Shown here one piece after another: positions 63,870 to 64,000 of a stretch of 64,000 bases of DNA. This DNA is from Octopus vulgaris (taxonomy: Eukaryota): NCBI GenBank assembly GCA_951406725.2, contig OX597820.1, forward strand, positions 70,370,001-70,434,000. The letters run 5' to 3'. The notes under the pieces were generated by a model. That model had not been told where the DNA came from, made no database searches, and worked only from the letters and a program-made list of their open reading frames with translations. Position 1 is the first letter of the stretch. Every line of letters starts with the position of its first letter. The translations under genes were made by a program, and so were the position numbers.

Positions 63870-64000
63870 TTGCGTGTCTGTGTTTGTTCCTCCACTATCG
63901 CTTGTCAAGGGATGTTAGTGTGTTTGCATTCTCGTAACTTGACGGTTCGGCGAAAGAGACCGATATGATAAGCACTAGGTTTTCAAAGAATAAGTGTTGG

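Overview
Eukaryotic, AT-rich, microsatellite- and SINE-dense genomic DNA. The repeat families suggest an octopus (coleoid cephalopod), which is an inference from memory of these families. Most of the window is intron of one large minus-strand gene for a RIM/Piccolo/Fife-family presynaptic active-zone scaffold. I could splice 9-10 phase-compatible exons between 42354 and 4148, covering a PDZ domain, a C2A-type C2 domain and a Ser/Pro-rich linker; neither gene end was found. The introns and upstream region hold a nearly full-length but frameshifted RTE LINE with a 13-bp TSD (58687-62637). They also hold Tc1, DD37D and mariner relics, a Helitron MITE, a hAT MITE, CR1-like and L1/Tx1 relics, and many tRNA-derived SINEs. 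The most unusual items are: (i) at least two families of minimal type-I hammerhead-ribozyme motifs in inverted, Penelope-style insertions, one fused to a tRNA-derived Pol III head and one with a G3:C8 core variant; (ii) a Mutator-like foldback element carrying a TTAGGG array and an exact 43-bp inverted copy of nearby flanking DNA; (iii) a SINE/LINE pair whose shared 3' hairpin covaries. Most ORFs in the supplied track are microsatellite or SINE artefacts. Repeat boundaries without a TSD are approximate.
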